Part shown: piece after piece, positions 61,197 to 64,000 of the stretch
Layout: every line of letters starts with the position of its first letter
Position numbering within the stretch: the stretch's first letter is position 1
Origin: the human T2T-CHM13v2.0 reference genome, Homo sapiens
DNA length: 64,000 nt
Assembly (NCBI RefSeq): GCF_009914755.1
Contig: NC_060946.1
Strand: one strand, 5' to 3'
Position numbers and translations under genes: made by a program
The notes under the pieces: model-generated
Database searches by the model: none
What the model was told of the DNA's origin: nothing
The model's input: only the letters and a program-made list of their open reading frames with translations

Positions 61197-61241
61197 CCAT
61201 TCATGAAGGGGTGGAGCCTGCCTGCCTGCGAGCCTTTATAA
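61197..61241 (+). promoter_or_regulatory. DBE motif and TATAA upstream of copy 7 (GC box degenerate)
   Basis: CCATTCATGAAGGGGTGGAGCCTGCCT at 61197-61223; TATAA at 61237-61241; the GC box reads GGGACGGG. Confidence 0.65.
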
Positions 61242-61251
61242 GAGACGCTAG

Positions 61252-62646
<1,395 letters not shown>

Positions 62647-63207
62647 GACGTGGGGTTGGGACGGTTTCGGGTTGGGGCAGGGCGGTGGCCTCTCTTTCGC
62701 GGGGAACACCTGGCTGGCTATGGAAGGGTGTGTCTTCCCCCCGCCCCCTCCACTGGGCTGACCGGCCTGGGATTCCTACCTTCTAAGTCTAGGCTCGGTG
62801 AGAGGCTTCACACAACGGGGAACACCAATTCTTTCCTGGGCATCCCGGGAATCCCAGAGCCGTCCCAGTTACCAGCAGGTGGGCCGCCTACTGTGCATGT
62901 GTGGGTATGTGGGCAGCCACCTGGGCTGTGGGAGCAGCCCAGGCAGAGCTCTCATGCGTTTCCACAGCCCCACCCACGCCTGAACACCCCCTCCCCACCC
63001 CCAACCCCACCCCCGGAAAATGCATCCTCCGCTGGGCTGTGTGGAGAACCCCATGCTGCGAAACACTGGGCCCCAGCAGCGTCCAGGCCTGACACCCCCT
63101 CCGGCGGCTCGCCTCCTCTGTGCCTCCGCGAAACCATCACGGGCCCACCCGTGCCACTGCAGCCTCCCAGCTGCCACCATGGAGTGCCTGGCGGCGGAAT
63201 GCAGACC

Positions 63208-63411
63208 TCTACCTCTCTTTGCCAGCCTCCTGGCTAGACCTGCGCTCATTGCGCACCCTGGCTGACATGCAAGGGAGCCCGCTGGCCTCTCTGTGCGCTT
63301 GTCCATCCTTGTAATTCCAGCTGAGGCTCTCCCAACACCTACCGACGCTCTTTAGTCAAAGACTGGGGAATAGTTACATCTCCTGGATGATCAGTTCAGG
63401 AATATGTCACA
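63208..63411 (+). other. pLAM / exon-3 homologue of copy 7
   Basis: GGCTAG|ACCTGCG (AG at 63236-63237); GTCACA at 63406-63411. Confidence 0.85.
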
Positions 63412-64000
63412 ATGCCCCCTCCCTGCAGAGCCTAGAGAAGATTTGCATCATTTGGGTGATCAGTGCAGAGATATATCACAATGTCCCCTGTACAAAAAGC
63501 CTGGAAATGATTCGCATCACCTCAGTGATCGGTGCATAGGTATGTCAGAAATGCCCGGTAGGCTGAATCTAGACAAGGGTTACATCACTTAGGTGATCAG
63601 TGTAGATATATGTGAAAATTCCCGTGTAGACAGAGCTTAGACAAGTGTTACCTCACCTAGTGATCAGTGCAGGGATAAGTCGTAAAGCCTCCTGTAGGCA
63701 GAGTGTAGACAAGTGTTTCCTCCCTGGGGTGATCAGTGCAGAGATATGTCACAAAGCCCCTGTAAGCAGAACCTTGACAAGGGTTGCATCACCTGTTTGA
63801 TCAGTGGAAATGTATATCACAAAGCCCACTATAGGCAAAGCCCAGACAATTGTTACATCACCTGGGTGAGCAGTGCAGAGATCTGTCACAATGCCCCTGT
63901 AGGCAGAGCTTAGACAAGGGTTACATCACCTGGGTGATCAGTGCAGAGATATGTCAAAACGCTCCTGTAGGCTGAACTTAGACAGGAGTTACATCACCTG
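63353..64000 (+). repeat. Beta-satellite array (runs off the window)
   Basis: 68-69 bp tandem monomers in the stereotyped post-pLAM order. Confidence 0.97.

Overview
Human-type heterochromatic DNA, not microbial. About two thirds of the window is 68-69 bp beta-satellite (Sau3A/BSR). Six D4Z4-derived GC-rich blocks interrupt it and carry seven disabled DUX4-like double-homeobox copies. This is the known LSau/beta-satellite composite found on acrocentric short arms and some pericentromeres; the chromosome cannot be assigned from sequence alone. Orientation flips once, at about 25365: copies 1-2 (a tandem dimer containing a complete 3.24 kb KpnI unit) face left and copies 3-7 face right. All blocks share the same 5' junction and end in a pLAM/DUX4-exon-3 homologue whose poly(A) signal position reads GTCACA rather than ATTAAA. 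One full-length AluYb8-type element lies at 19655-19965. Most notable observations: (1) copy 7 keeps TATAA and a 418-codon open frame and has gained an AATAAA 20 nt after its stop; (2) 'empty' sites where the satellite flanks of a DUX4L unit are joined without the gene; (3) a 558-nt upstream frame of identical length in four copies. No intact DUX4 gene is present and no new system is demonstrated. Comparisons with 4q35, Alu and satellite reference sequences are from memory, not database searches.
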